A stretch of DNA of 52,494 bases from IMG/VR virus record IMGVR_UViG_3300032931_000510, positions 1-52,494 of that record. The stretch is one strand, 5' to 3'. Numbering within the stretch: position 1 is the stretch's first letter; each line of letters opens with the position of its first letter. The DNA comes from a virus. Its lineage: Duplodnaviria > Caudoviricetes. The position numbers and the translations under genes are program-made. The notes below the pieces were generated by a model that did not search any database, was not told the origin of the DNA, and saw nothing but the letters and a program-made list of their open reading frames with translations. Positions 10,020 to 19,451 of this stretch are shown here, piece by piece.

Positions 10020-10684
10020 GATTTGACGATGTACCATCCCTCATTGCTTACAGTCACCACTTTGCTCGGATCGGGGAAGAAGGTCTTCACGGCCTGTTGG
10101 ATGGTCGGGAGGTTCCAATCATGTCCGGCAAAGATTCCGCCCGGCCTGATGTGATCCCAATACAAGGTAAAATCCTTCATGACGCCTTCGAACGAATGAT
10201 CCCCATCTACGAAAATGAAATCCAGCAAAGACGATTGGGTCAAAAATTCTGTGGCAAACTGTTCACTGGTCTGATACCGTAATTGGGCGCGTGTACCATA
10301 GGCCGACAATCGCTGGAGGGCATCACCCTTCATACAGGCCTGGCGTTCCTCACTCATCATGGTCCCGTTCCAATCAATAAATGAGGGATAATGATCGATA
10401 CAATACAGCGTCTCAAGAGACGGCAGTTCTTTGAGGAACAACTCCGCACTAAACCCTAGGCAGGTCCCAATTTCCGCCCCTACAACCGGCGCAATTGACT
10501 TGAGCGGGTCGATCAGCCCTGAAGCTGAGATGTGATTCACGCCCCACTCAATTTGCTTCTGGACCCATTCTACTGGGGGCAAATGATGAAAGGGATCGGT
10601 TGATCCTGGTACCGGTCCTCCGGTGGCGCTATCGACCTCTCGGACAACCCCTCTGACGGTATCAATAATGAATGCTTCTCCCAT
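10016..10684 (-). CDS. Class I SAM methyltransferase (Methyltransf_24-like)
   Basis: [34 protein letters not shown] before ATG 10684. Confidence 0.8.
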   Translation of the reverse strand: MGEAFIIDTVRGVVREVDSATGGPVPGSTDPFHHLPPVEWVQKQIEWGVNHISASGLIDPLKSIAPVVGAEIGTCLGFSAELFLKELPSLETLYCIDHYPSFIDWNGTMMSEERQACMKGDALQRLSAYGTRAQLRYQTSEQFATEFLTQSSLLDFIFVDGDHSFEGVMKDFTLYWDHIRPGGIFAGHDWNLPTIQQAVKTFFPDPSKVVTVSNEGWYIVKS

Positions 10685-10694
10685 AATCAATCTC

Positions 10695-11666
10695 CTATGT
10701 TTTGTAATACCGAAGATCGGACTCAACCATCTCTTCCACTAATTCAGTAAAATCAATCGAATGTTTCCATCCCAATTTCCTATGGGCTTTTGTGGGATCA
10801 CCGAGCAAGACTTCGACTTCTGCTGGACGATAGAACTGGGGGTTCACGGTCACATAATTTATGTAGTTCAGACCCACATACTCAAAGGCCGACTGCACAA
10901 AATCCAAGACCGAATGTTTCAATCCTGTGGCAATGACATAATCATCGGGGGTCTCTTGTTGGAGCATGAGCCACATGGCCCGAACATATTCTTTGGCGTG
11001 CCCCCAATCACGGAGGGCATTGAGATTACCTAGGGACAGTTCTGTGGCTTGCCCCAATGAAATCTGGGCGACGGTCGAACTAATCTTTCGGGTCACAAAC
11101 TCAAATCCGCGGCGAGGAGACTCATGGTTATAGAGAATACCAGTGGAACAATGGAGTCCATACGCTTCCCGATAGTTGCGAGTCAAATCAAATCCTGCCA
11201 CCTTGGAGATCCCATAGGACGAACGAGGATGAAATCGGGTGCTTTCATCCTGGGGCATGGCTTCGACTTTCCCAAACATCTCGCTTGATCCAGCAAAATA
11301 AAATCGAGTACGGGGAGACGCATCCTTCAAGGCAGAGAGGACATGATGGGTGCCACCAATGTTCGTTTGGAGTGTGGAGAATTCATCTTCAAACGAATAG
11401 GAGACAAAGCTTTGTGCGGCCAGATGGTAACACTCGTCTGGTTGTAATTTGGTAAAGACTCGATAAATGCTCGGATAGCTTTCCAAGGAGGCCGCATGAA
11501 GATGGAGACGATCTTTGAACTCCAGCAAGCGGTGCATCCGATGGCTCGGGTCTTCGATGGCCACACGGCGGACAATACCATGGACTTCATACCCCTTTTC
11601 CAGGAGTAATTCTGCCAGATACGATCCATCCTGTCCGGTAATCCCGGTGATTAGTGCTGTTTTCAT
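10695..11666 (-). CDS. gmd: GDP-mannose 4,6-dehydratase
   Basis: [47 protein letters not shown]. Confidence 0.93.
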   Translation of the reverse strand: MKTALITGITGQDGSYLAELLLEKGYEVHGIVRRVAIEDPSHRMHRLLEFKDRLHLHAASLESYPSIYRVFTKLQPDECYHLAAQSFVSYSFEDEFSTLQTNIGGTHHVLSALKDASPRTRFYFAGSSEMFGKVEAMPQDESTRFHPRSSYGISKVAGFDLTRNYREAYGLHCSTGILYNHESPRRGFEFVTRKISSTVAQISLGQATELSLGNLNALRDWGHAKEYVRAMWLMLQQETPDDYVIATGLKHSVLDFVQSAFEYVGLNYINYVTVNPQFYRPAEVEVLLGDPTKAHRKLGWKHSIDFTELVEEMVESDLRYYKT

Positions 11667-12640
11667 GGTTGTACCAATCGAAGGATATCATCCACACATT
11701 GTTGGCTGGTATGATTACCGATGGTATAGGACTCGGCATGATCCAGCGTGAGATCAGAGACGCCTTTGAATTGTCGCATATAGGCGATCAGTTCTTCTTC
11801 CCATCGATAAGTGAATCCATACTCCTGCATTGTTTCGGCGCCTGCCATGAGATAGGCCGCCCAGGGTGTGCGATTCAACATGGCTTCCAACAGCACGATA
11901 CCAAATCCCTCTGAGGTCGAGTGCATGATATACAAATCTGCGTCCTGAATGCCGGACAAGACTTCCCGACGATCTGGCATCATCAGGACCTTGATCTGGT
12001 CCGTGGGTCCAATCACCGGAGCAGACTGCCAACAATCGTATCCCGTCAGGACTAAGGTCACATCCTTTCGATCCGCCTTTCGGAACGCCTCAACTAAACG
12101 GACCATATTTTTATTGGGCCAATAACCACCACAAGAAATAAACATATACTCGGTTGTGATCCCATAACGAGTCCGAAAATCCCCTTTGGGTTTCTCAGAG
12201 ACCGAATCATTCAAATTGATCCCATAACGGTATTGGATACACTTCGCTTCCACCCCATACTTCTTCACATGTCTCCAATCCGCCATGGTGGAGGCCCCGA
12301 TATATCGCGCATTCTGGAGGGCTTTCACGCAGGTCGGAGAATTCGACGGAAGAATCAACAGATACAGGATGGGCGACGGAATATTCGGCGCATGTTCCAA
12401 GACAAAGTTTTGCACATTGACATCGCCGCCGTGGACAATGACCAGATCCCACGGATGGAGGAGGAGTTCTGGGTTTTCCGTGACATGCACCCCATTCAGA
12501 TCCCCTTGGTGTTGACCTGCAAAGACCCAGGTGTCTACGCCGCGGCGAACCATTTCCTCGGCCATGTTCTTGACATTGTTCTCAGATCCGCCTGGATAGG
12601 GGGCATACCGATGCACGACAAACAGTATTCTAATTGCCAT
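11663..12640 (-). CDS. GT4-family glycosyltransferase
   Basis: PYPGGSE N-terminal motif; STSEGFGIVLLEAM (E-x7-E). Confidence 0.85.
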   Translation of the reverse strand: MAIRILFVVHRYAPYPGGSENNVKNMAEEMVRRGVDTWVFAGQHQGDLNGVHVTENPELLLHPWDLVIVHGGDVNVQNFVLEHAPNIPSPILYLLILPSNSPTCVKALQNARYIGASTMADWRHVKKYGVEAKCIQYRYGINLNDSVSEKPKGDFRTRYGITTEYMFISCGGYWPNKNMVRLVEAFRKADRKDVTLVLTGYDCWQSAPVIGPTDQIKVLMMPDRREVLSGIQDADLYIMHSTSEGFGIVLLEAMLNRTPWAAYLMAGAETMQEYGFTYRWEEELIAYMRQFKGVSDLTLDHAESYTIGNHTSQQCVDDILRLVQP

Positions 12641-13508
12641 ACTTGGCCTCATATATCGCCTTCAGGGCAGGCACACGATCATACTGATGGACCAAATAAT
12701 GTGGGGTACCGTGGGAGGTACAGACTTGATCGTTCAACACAATGGGAGCAGGTTCCAAGAGGGACGGCCGATAGACTTCTATTTTATGAGGGTCCATTGT
12801 GGTACCAAGTTGTGCGGCCCATCCATCTTCTGATGTGGCACCATAGAAATGGCGATGATAGGCGTCAGTGTTCAAGAGGATATTCAAGGCCGCTTGATCG
12901 GGTCCGCCGCCTCCAGGTTGATGATGTTGGGTCCCATTGGACAACAAATAGATTGACAGGAATAGTCCCAGGGCCGTCTCGAATTTTGCGGCAAACGATC
13001 CGCAATTATAGATAGGGGAATCCAACAAGGTTTGAGCCACAGGGGCACCAAACGAGGAGATCAGATTATTCACACCCCATTCTTCATCCCGATAGTGCAT
13101 CGATTCACTGGCCGCCACGACAGAAGGGGATTCACCTTGATTATCCCACTGATCGAAATACGCTGAGGGATTGCGCTGAAAGACCACATCCTTGACATCG
13201 GTGGCAATGACATACCGAATATCCTTCTTCATCGCAGGAGACAGTTGGCGGAGGAAGATCCAATAATGCAGGAAGCGATTCACTACAATAGACAATGAAG
13301 GATCGGCCGTAAAGGTACCAAACCCGTCCACATTCAATCCACCAAGAAGAAAGCCTCGGCGCGACAGTTCGGCAGAGGTCTCCTTGTCGATGTTGTAACA
13401 CACCAACATCTTATAGCCGTCGAACCCCGATTGCTCTAAGGAATTGGCCCACAGTTTGATTTGATCGAAGTTGTAGTTGCTGATTGCCCCAATTACTAGG
13501 TCTTTCAT
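12630..13508 (-). CDS. Putative GT-A glycosyltransferase
   Basis: IATDVKDVVFQRNP, YNCG, DQAALN, VHQYDR. Confidence 0.65.
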   Translation of the reverse strand: MKDLVIGAISNYNFDQIKLWANSLEQSGFDGYKMLVCYNIDKETSAELSRRGFLLGGLNVDGFGTFTADPSLSIVVNRFLHYWIFLRQLSPAMKKDIRYVIATDVKDVVFQRNPSAYFDQWDNQGESPSVVAASESMHYRDEEWGVNNLISSFGAPVAQTLLDSPIYNCGSFAAKFETALGLFLSIYLLSNGTQHHQPGGGGPDQAALNILLNTDAYHRHFYGATSEDGWAAQLGTTMDPHKIEVYRPSLLEPAPIVLNDQVCTSHGTPHYLVHQYDRVPALKAIYEAKYGN

Positions 13509-13542
13509 GATTACCTCACAGGTTCATTATGTAACTAACACT

Positions 13543-13550
13543 TATTTATC
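13543..13550 (-). promoter_or_regulatory. Late-promoter-like box GATAAATA heading the sugar island
   Basis: 7/8 match to TATAAATA about 35 nt upstream of ATG 13508. Overlaps the upstream TAA stop. Confidence 0.5.
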
Positions 13551-14778
13551 CCCAGTTTTTCACCGCATTGAAGTTGGCGCTCGAAAAATTCAAACGATCT
13601 ACCAGCTTCACGACCCCACCTTTCAAGTGGTCCACGGCCACAAAGCCTTCAGGTTTCGTCACGGTCAATCCCCCATCGGCAGAGCGAAGGAAGGTGCCCA
13701 TAGACTTCGCCGTTTCCAATTTTCTGACGATCTGTATTTTAGCATCATTGAGCATTTTTGTCAAGAGAAAAATTTTAACCAGTTCGGCATAGGACGAACG
13801 GTAAAACCGCAACCATTCACTCTTCTCAGTCAGACGCTTATGTTTGGTCGCAGGCAGCTTCGCTTGTAAAATAGATTCATTGGCCTGTTGTTCCACCCAA
13901 CGAGTCAATGCCAGCACATGATCTTTGGCAGTCGGTTGCGCTTTTCCTGCTCGTATCACGGAATTGTTGTACTGCTTGATCTGTCCTAGCAGCGTGGCAT
14001 CCAAGGAAATACGATTCAACACTTTACCATCAATACTCTGAAACACACGGCCCGCCTGGGCTAATAGATCCCCCAGGGCCGTCGATTCCGCTTCGGTAAA
14101 TGTCGCCGTACCTGATTGATCCACAAAGGACGCATCCCGATACCAGACATCAGCCGTATGACGCAGGGCACCGATATCCACTTTGAAAGACGCCTTCATC
14201 GATGCCATCGTGGGACCATGATAGGTCGTATGAAACACCACACCCAACTTGGAGGCGCGGATACGGTCGGCCAAGATCGAGGCACTTGGAATGGCATACA
14301 CAATCGTATTCGGCTGAAAGGTGAGGTACTTCTCTCCGCCGATCACATCCTTTTGGAGATCGCCATGGGTATACAGCATATCGCCTTGAAGGACACCAGT
14401 GATACCGAGTTTGGGTAGATGTTCCAAGGCAATCAGCAGCTTGTTCTGAAGACCTTCGGAGGCATGGTTCTTCTTGATATCCGCCGGGGTATAATTCAAT
14501 TTCGCCTCTTTGGCAAAGACCCCTTTGGTTCCCACAAAGAATCGACCGTTATCGGGATTGAGACCACAAAAAATAGCCGGTGCTCCGTCCCATTTGGTCG
14601 TGATATTGATATGAGATTCCACATGACCTGTCAACATCTTATGGAGAGACAACAGAAAGGTCACGGCCCTCCGAGCACCAGTCACACCGCCATTAAAGAC
14701 TTCATCTTCCAGGTGTTCAAGATGGAGGTTCTTGCCTTCGGCGGATTCTGTGATAAAGGAGGTAAAGGATGTTGTCAT
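13546..14778 (-). CDS. Conserved T4-like protein with DNA/RNA ligase-superfamily nucleotidyltransferase motifs and a capsid-targeting-like N-terminus
   Basis: TTKWDG (KxDG), LQGD, PEGFV, VKLV. N-terminus MTTSFTSFITE. Start moved from 14862 to ATG 14778 to avoid overlap with the upstream gene. Confidence 0.65.
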   Translation of the reverse strand: MTTSFTSFITESAEGKNLHLEHLEDEVFNGGVTGARRAVTFLLSLHKMLTGHVESHINITTKWDGAPAIFCGLNPDNGRFFVGTKGVFAKEAKLNYTPADIKKNHASEGLQNKLLIALEHLPKLGITGVLQGDMLYTHGDLQKDVIGGEKYLTFQPNTIVYAIPSASILADRIRASKLGVVFHTTYHGPTMASMKASFKVDIGALRHTADVWYRDASFVDQSGTATFTEAESTALGDLLAQAGRVFQSIDGKVLNRISLDATLLGQIKQYNNSVIRAGKAQPTAKDHVLALTRWVEQQANESILQAKLPATKHKRLTEKSEWLRFYRSSYAELVKIFLLTKMLNDAKIQIVRKLETAKSMGTFLRSADGGLTVTKPEGFVAVDHLKGGVVKLVDRLNFSSANFNAVKNWG

Positions 14779-14791
14779 AGTGGCTTTCCTG

Positions 14792-16036
14792 TTATTTGGC
14801 AATAACAAACTTACCGGATAAATCGGAACGGGAAGTAATATACGAAAACACCAAACGAACAAATTCTGTGCTTTTCTTTTTGTCGCGTTCTAACCAATCC
14901 CTAAAGATAGGAATGACTGGATTCGACACATTGAGCGCACTAGATTCGCTCCTAGCTCTATCATATGCCTCACGATTACGGGTTTTTAGTTGTGTCATAA
15001 CAGGGGTACGAACCAGTTGCTTATGTTTGTCATTTCCCGTCTCATATAGGGTGTTGAATTTCCGGCTAAATGTGGTATTACCATCGGTGATAGACATAAG
15101 ATCAGCAAGAATAGAAGCCGAACCAATCGATCCTTCGCGGGCTTCCTTTCCTGTTTCCACAACCTCAAATTTCATTGCAGCAGTTGACGCATCGTGTCGC
15201 CATTTCAAACGCCGACCTTTATTCGCGGTATCGAAATATATTTCAAACGATCTACTAACCGTTTTCCCATCAGCTTTAGGTTTGACCCATGGCGACCACA
15301 CAACATGCCCGGCATACACATATTCTCTCATGTAGTCGATTTCATGCTTCCGATCAAAATTGACTTTGAGGATTGTGACCTCTTTTTTCGTTGTCTTTTT
15401 AAGCGACAATGGAAGTAATTCCCCTAGATCGATCAAATGACCCACTTCGGAGTTGAGTGTGATGAAATCCAAAGGAAGACTCTGATGTTCCAAGAGAAGG
15501 GTTTTGATTTTTCGTTTCGCCTTTTCAGACGCAAAATAAATGTCGGCAGGACTCCATTTATTAACATCCCCAAATACCAGATGATGTTTCCCACCTGGTA
15601 GTGAGGACGCTTTCTTCTGTGTCTCGTTCGCCAACTTAAATAATTCCTCAACCGATTTCATCACATCTTCATCACCGCGTGTATAGATGAAGTCAGACCA
15701 CTTCGGTTGTTTAATGCGAGTGAACTTACCTGATACATCAGTGATATCACTAATCAACTTCTTTGCGATATTCATCGAAGAGACATACCAATCTAGATTT
15801 TTACTAAAAAACGACTCCAGGTCCCTCAACGTCACCCCAGGAGTTTTTACATGGGTCGAAAATACCGTGGCCAGGGGCATTGATTTTTGAGTCTTTTCCC
15901 ATTCCATCTTAAATGAGGAAAAGGTGGGATAGACCTCAGTATCTAACATTTTCTTGGCACCAGCAGCACCAAGATAATCTGCAAGCGCACAAAATAATGC
16001 TTGGGCACTTTCAGCTAAAGACGTTGGATCAGCCAT
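14792..16036 (-). CDS. Hypothetical protein, possible PD-(D/E)xK nuclease fold
   Basis: NKWSPADIYF...LLPLSLKK motif; GGAGGA SD before ATG 16036; visibly more AT-rich than its neighbours. Confidence 0.5.
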   Translation of the reverse strand: MADPTSLAESAQALFCALADYLGAAGAKKMLDTEVYPTFSSFKMEWEKTQKSMPLATVFSTHVKTPGVTLRDLESFFSKNLDWYVSSMNIAKKLISDITDVSGKFTRIKQPKWSDFIYTRGDEDVMKSVEELFKLANETQKKASSLPGGKHHLVFGDVNKWSPADIYFASEKAKRKIKTLLLEHQSLPLDFITLNSEVGHLIDLGELLPLSLKKTTKKEVTILKVNFDRKHEIDYMREYVYAGHVVWSPWVKPKADGKTVSRSFEIYFDTANKGRRLKWRHDASTAAMKFEVVETGKEAREGSIGSASILADLMSITDGNTTFSRKFNTLYETGNDKHKQLVRTPVMTQLKTRNREAYDRARSESSALNVSNPVIPIFRDWLERDKKKSTEFVRLVFSYITSRSDLSGKFVIAK

Positions 16037-16053
16037 TATATCCTCCAATTCCT

Positions 16054-16061
16054 TATTTATG
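16054..16061 (-). promoter_or_regulatory. Late-promoter-like box CATAAATA
   Basis: Overlaps the gp41 stop, 17 nt before ATG 16036. Confidence 0.45.
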
Positions 16062-17487
16062 TTTTAATTCCGTTGAAGTTCTTGGTCCTTCGGATCATCG
16101 TTTTGTGTGTAGTCGCCGGTTCTCCAGGTCCGGTCAACATACGTTGTTGATTTCCTTCAATGAGTTGTCCCGACCCTTGGATATTGAGTTGGGCATCCTG
16201 GGCCACATCAAACAATTTCATACGGCTTTTGTCCACTCCGATCACAAATCGTTTGTTGATATTGGGATCAGAATACCGATTTTTGAGCTGTTTAATCATA
16301 TATTGCCCCATGAGTTGCAATTCCTCGGTCTCAATGATGGCACACATGAAATCTGCGGTCATGGGGAGACCAAACGACTCAGAGGTATCGGTCAGATCCA
16401 CATCTGAGTTATCGAATCCCTGTCGATTGGTTTGTGTGGCCGATACGACTGGTACTTTGCATTCCACGCTGAGGCCTCGGAGTTCTTCGGCGACACTCTT
16501 AATGTATTGATAAGATGAGACATTGCCTCCGGCCTTGATCCTGGCCGAGGAGCAAATATTCAAATAATCAATGAAAATGATATCCGCTTTGAAGGATCGC
16601 TTCAAGGCCAGTTCGGCCACCAATGCCCGAAAATGGAGGGTCGAGGCTCCGGCAGTGGGATATTCTTTGATAATGAGTTTACCGTGGGTGCGACTTCTGA
16701 GTGCCGCAAACTTTCTGGTATACTCGTCATGACTCATGGCCATGATATCATCCAGGCGCACATTCAAGAGATTGGCATCCACTCGTTTGGCGATCTGTTC
16801 TTCTGCCATTTCCAATGTGATATACAGGACATTTTTGCCGATGGACATGGCCGCCGCTGCCATATGGGCCATGACCAAGGTTTTTCCCACCCCTGTGCCT
16901 GCCAGGAGGATATTCAAGGTCTTTTCCCAAAATCCACCTTTGGTAATCTTATTGAAGAAATCGAGATCAAACGGAATGCGCTTATGGGTCTGATGATAAA
17001 ACTCATACCGATCATCCGATTGTTCTATATAATCGTGACCGACATGGGTATCAAATGTGACGCCTAAGGCCTTAGAGAGGAGATCAGGAATGGAATTCTT
17101 ATTCTTCTTCCCGTCTTTGTTGTCGATGATGGAGACGGCTTCCAGCACCGCGTTATAGATCGCTTTATCCTGACAAAATTTCTCGGTCTGATCCACAAGC
17201 CATGAAACATCTGTGGGATTATCTTTATCTTGAAAACATTGCTTGAGCACCTCGACCCCACCGCGGACCTCGTCTTCCCGCAGGCTCGCCGCTTCGGTCA
17301 GATTGATAACTAAGGCTTCATAGGTTGGTGCATGGTTATACTTCGTGACAAATCGGTTGATTTCCTCAAAGACCAGCCGCTCGGCGCTATCGCCGAAGTA
17401 AGACGCTTGAAGATGGGGCAGGACTTTCCGAAGATAGGGTTCGTTATAGATCAGGTTCTTGAGGAGCGTGAGTTCCAAGCGTATCAT
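16057..17487 (-). CDS. 41: Replicative DnaB-like helicase gp41
   Basis: AGTGVGKT, YITLEM, IFIDY, SATQTNR, SESFGLP, KQLKNRY. Confidence 0.95.
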   Translation of the reverse strand: MIRLELTLLKNLIYNEPYLRKVLPHLQASYFGDSAERLVFEEINRFVTKYNHAPTYEALVINLTEAASLREDEVRGGVEVLKQCFQDKDNPTDVSWLVDQTEKFCQDKAIYNAVLEAVSIIDNKDGKKNKNSIPDLLSKALGVTFDTHVGHDYIEQSDDRYEFYHQTHKRIPFDLDFFNKITKGGFWEKTLNILLAGTGVGKTLVMAHMAAAAMSIGKNVLYITLEMAEEQIAKRVDANLLNVRLDDIMAMSHDEYTRKFAALRSRTHGKLIIKEYPTAGASTLHFRALVAELALKRSFKADIIFIDYLNICSSARIKAGGNVSSYQYIKSVAEELRGLSVECKVPVVSATQTNRQGFDNSDVDLTDTSESFGLPMTADFMCAIIETEELQLMGQYMIKQLKNRYSDPNINKRFVIGVDKSRMKLFDVAQDAQLNIQGSGQLIEGNQQRMLTGPGEPATTHKTMIRRTKNFNGIKT

Positions 17488-17842
17488 TATTCGTGGTGCC
17501 TTCCCGCAATAGAATAGATTCCAAGACCAGACCTGCCACCGTCACAAAGTCACGGTCCACCTTCAAGGCGGCCACATCAAAGTGTGCGGTATCCAGGAAC
17601 GAATACTTGAAGGCGAGTTGTCCCGTCCCTCCATGCTCCGATACCCGGACATTCAAGTAACAATATTCGACACCCCGATAGGCGGTGGTCAACAGCTTGA
17701 CCGTGGAGATAGGCTCTGAGCCATCCCCAATCACATACTCACCGAGGACATAATCGATATGTTCAATCAGCAGCTTACTCGGCGTCTTCGTCCCCATCCA
17801 CCACTGATAGAGTTTTGAGAATAGACCCATAGGCGACCTCAT
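17444..17842 (-). CDS. Hypothetical protein between uvsX and 41 (start uncertain)
   Basis: Fills the gap in the operon; no motif recognised. Confidence 0.55.
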   Translation of the reverse strand: MRSPMGLFSKLYQWWMGTKTPSKLLIEHIDYVLGEYVIGDGSEPISTVKLLTTAYRGVEYCYLNVRVSEHGGTGQLAFKYSFLDTAHFDVAALKVDRDFVTVAGLVLESILLREGTTNNDTLGTHAPQEPDL

Positions 17843-18818
17843 ATTTCTTCTTCATGAATGTGCGAAACTCTGGGTCAACGAGAATACTGTCCCAAAATTC
17901 CTTGGTTAAGGTATCCGCTTCACGGACCTTCTTGGTGTCGCCCTTCTTGAGGTACCATCCCACCAATGGCTTGGTCACATGACCCGATTCCAGTGCGGTA
18001 TCTAAGAGCCCTGAGTATTGCTCGATCCCGCCATTGAAGGTCACCGAAATCGGGATGCGGCTTTTTTCTTTGACAAAACGAGACTTCTCCACATTGATAA
18101 TAAAATTATACCCTTGGAGTTCGGTGCCGTCCTTCTCTTGTTGCCGTCCCATGAACCACACGGTATCGGAATTGTTCATCAGTCCCGTACCACCACCCAT
18201 AATATCCTTGGGATACAGACCAATTTCCTTGTAGGTATGATTGACCACGATCATCGGAATGTCTTTGATCCGCAGATGGATTGTGACCATACGAAACAAC
18301 GACTTCAGGGCCTTGGCGCGAGTCATATCGGCCACAGACTTTCCTTCCAAGGCATCGTCCACTTCTTTCTTGGATGCCAAGGTGCCCAACGAATCGATCA
18401 CGATGATGACATGATCCCCCTTCTTAATGGAGGCGAGTTGGGTCATGATATCATGCTTCAAGACTTCTACATCGGTCACCGGTGTATGGATCACTTTGTC
18501 CATGTCGATCTTGAAGGCTTCAAAATACGATTTGGGTGTGCCAAATTCGGTATCATACAGAAGCACGGCCGCATCGTCATATTTGTTCAGATACGCTTTG
18601 GCCAGGAGTAACGCAAAATTACTTTTGAAATACCGAGAAGGTCCTGCAATCGTCGTGATACCAGGCGCCAGTCCACCGTCCAAACTTCCTGATAAGGCCA
18701 CATTAATCATGGGGACTTCTGTGGTAATCATGTCCTTTTCGTTGAATAACACGGAATCGGACAAGACATCCGTTTCCTTAATCGTTGAGTTCTTTTTCAG
18801 TGTATCTAAAATGCCCAT
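17775..18818 (-). CDS. uvsX: RecA-like recombinase UvsX
   Basis: AGPSRYFKS, YDTEFG, VIDSLG, ADMTRAK, VEKSRFVKEKS. Confidence 0.95.
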   Translation of the reverse strand: MGILDTLKKNSTIKETDVLSDSVLFNEKDMITTEVPMINVALSGSLDGGLAPGITTIAGPSRYFKSNFALLLAKAYLNKYDDAAVLLYDTEFGTPKSYFEAFKIDMDKVIHTPVTDVEVLKHDIMTQLASIKKGDHVIIVIDSLGTLASKKEVDDALEGKSVADMTRAKALKSLFRMVTIHLRIKDIPMIVVNHTYKEIGLYPKDIMGGGTGLMNNSDTVWFMGRQQEKDGTELQGYNFIINVEKSRFVKEKSRIPISVTFNGGIEQYSGLLDTALESGHVTKPLVGWYLKKGDTKKVREADTLTKEFWDSILVDPEFRTFMKKKYEVAYGSILKTLSVVDGDEDAE

Positions 18819-18835
18819 TATGTCTCCTGATGAAG

Positions 18836-19186
18836 TTAGAATTTACGGAGGGTCTCGACCAATGCCGCAAAGATATAGTCTTTGGTGCGTTGCTCGCGGG
18901 GCAGTTCACTATAGGCGACCATACAGGGATGTTCTTTCTTGTCGGCATCCTTGATGGGTCCATAGACCCAACCATCCGCTTTCTTGAAGTTATACCAATT
19001 GGTATGACTGGCATCGGGGCTTGAATCGGGATGGGCCAGATGGAAGGTGACCCCATCAAGGGCAGATTGCTTGATATTCGCAGGGACCAGGGACCAAGGT
19101 AATTGAGAGTAATCCCCCTGGGCATGGCAATACGCACGATTGGCTTCATGACACGTTTCGGCAATTTGTTCATAGGTCAGACGCAT
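18836..19186 (-). CDS. RyR-domain protein
   Basis: SHTNW...GWVYGPIKD...HPCMVAYSELP...KD. GGAGG SD before ATG 19186. Confidence 0.8.
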   Translation of the reverse strand: MRLTYEQIAETCHEANRAYCHAQGDYSQLPWSLVPANIKQSALDGVTFHLAHPDSSPDASHTNWYNFKKADGWVYGPIKDADKKEHPCMVAYSELPREQRTKDYIFAALVETLRKF

Positions 19187-19204
19187 AGATCCTCCATTCA
19201 TGAT

Positions 19205-19233
19205 ATCATATCACATTCAGATAAAAAAGTCAA
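19205..19233 (-). promoter_or_regulatory. sigma70-type promoter TTGACT-17-TATGAT (extended -10)
   Basis: Read directly from the sequence; upstream of RyR/uvsX. Confidence 0.75.
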
Positions 19234-19451
19234 TGACTATCTTCTGTCACGCTCACAGGCACGATATCGTTGCCACTACCATAACACTTATCCATACCAC
19301 AATACCACTTCCAAAAGTGGGGACCAGGACCTTCAAGTCGGCGACCATAGACCTTCCTGGTACTAGGGTATTCTTCTCCACACCGGATGCAATGGACCAG
19401 ATGGCTTGGAACAATATGGCATCCTGGTATTTCTTCAAAATGTGTTTTCAT
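19230..19451 (-). CDS. Small Cys-containing hypothetical protein (possible Zn finger)
   Basis: ATGA overlap with the gp43 stop; CIRC...CGMDKC. Confidence 0.55.
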   Translation of the reverse strand: MKTHFEEIPGCHIVPSHLVHCIRCGEEYPSTRKVYGRRLEGPGPHFWKWYCGMDKCYGSGNDIVPVSVTEDSH

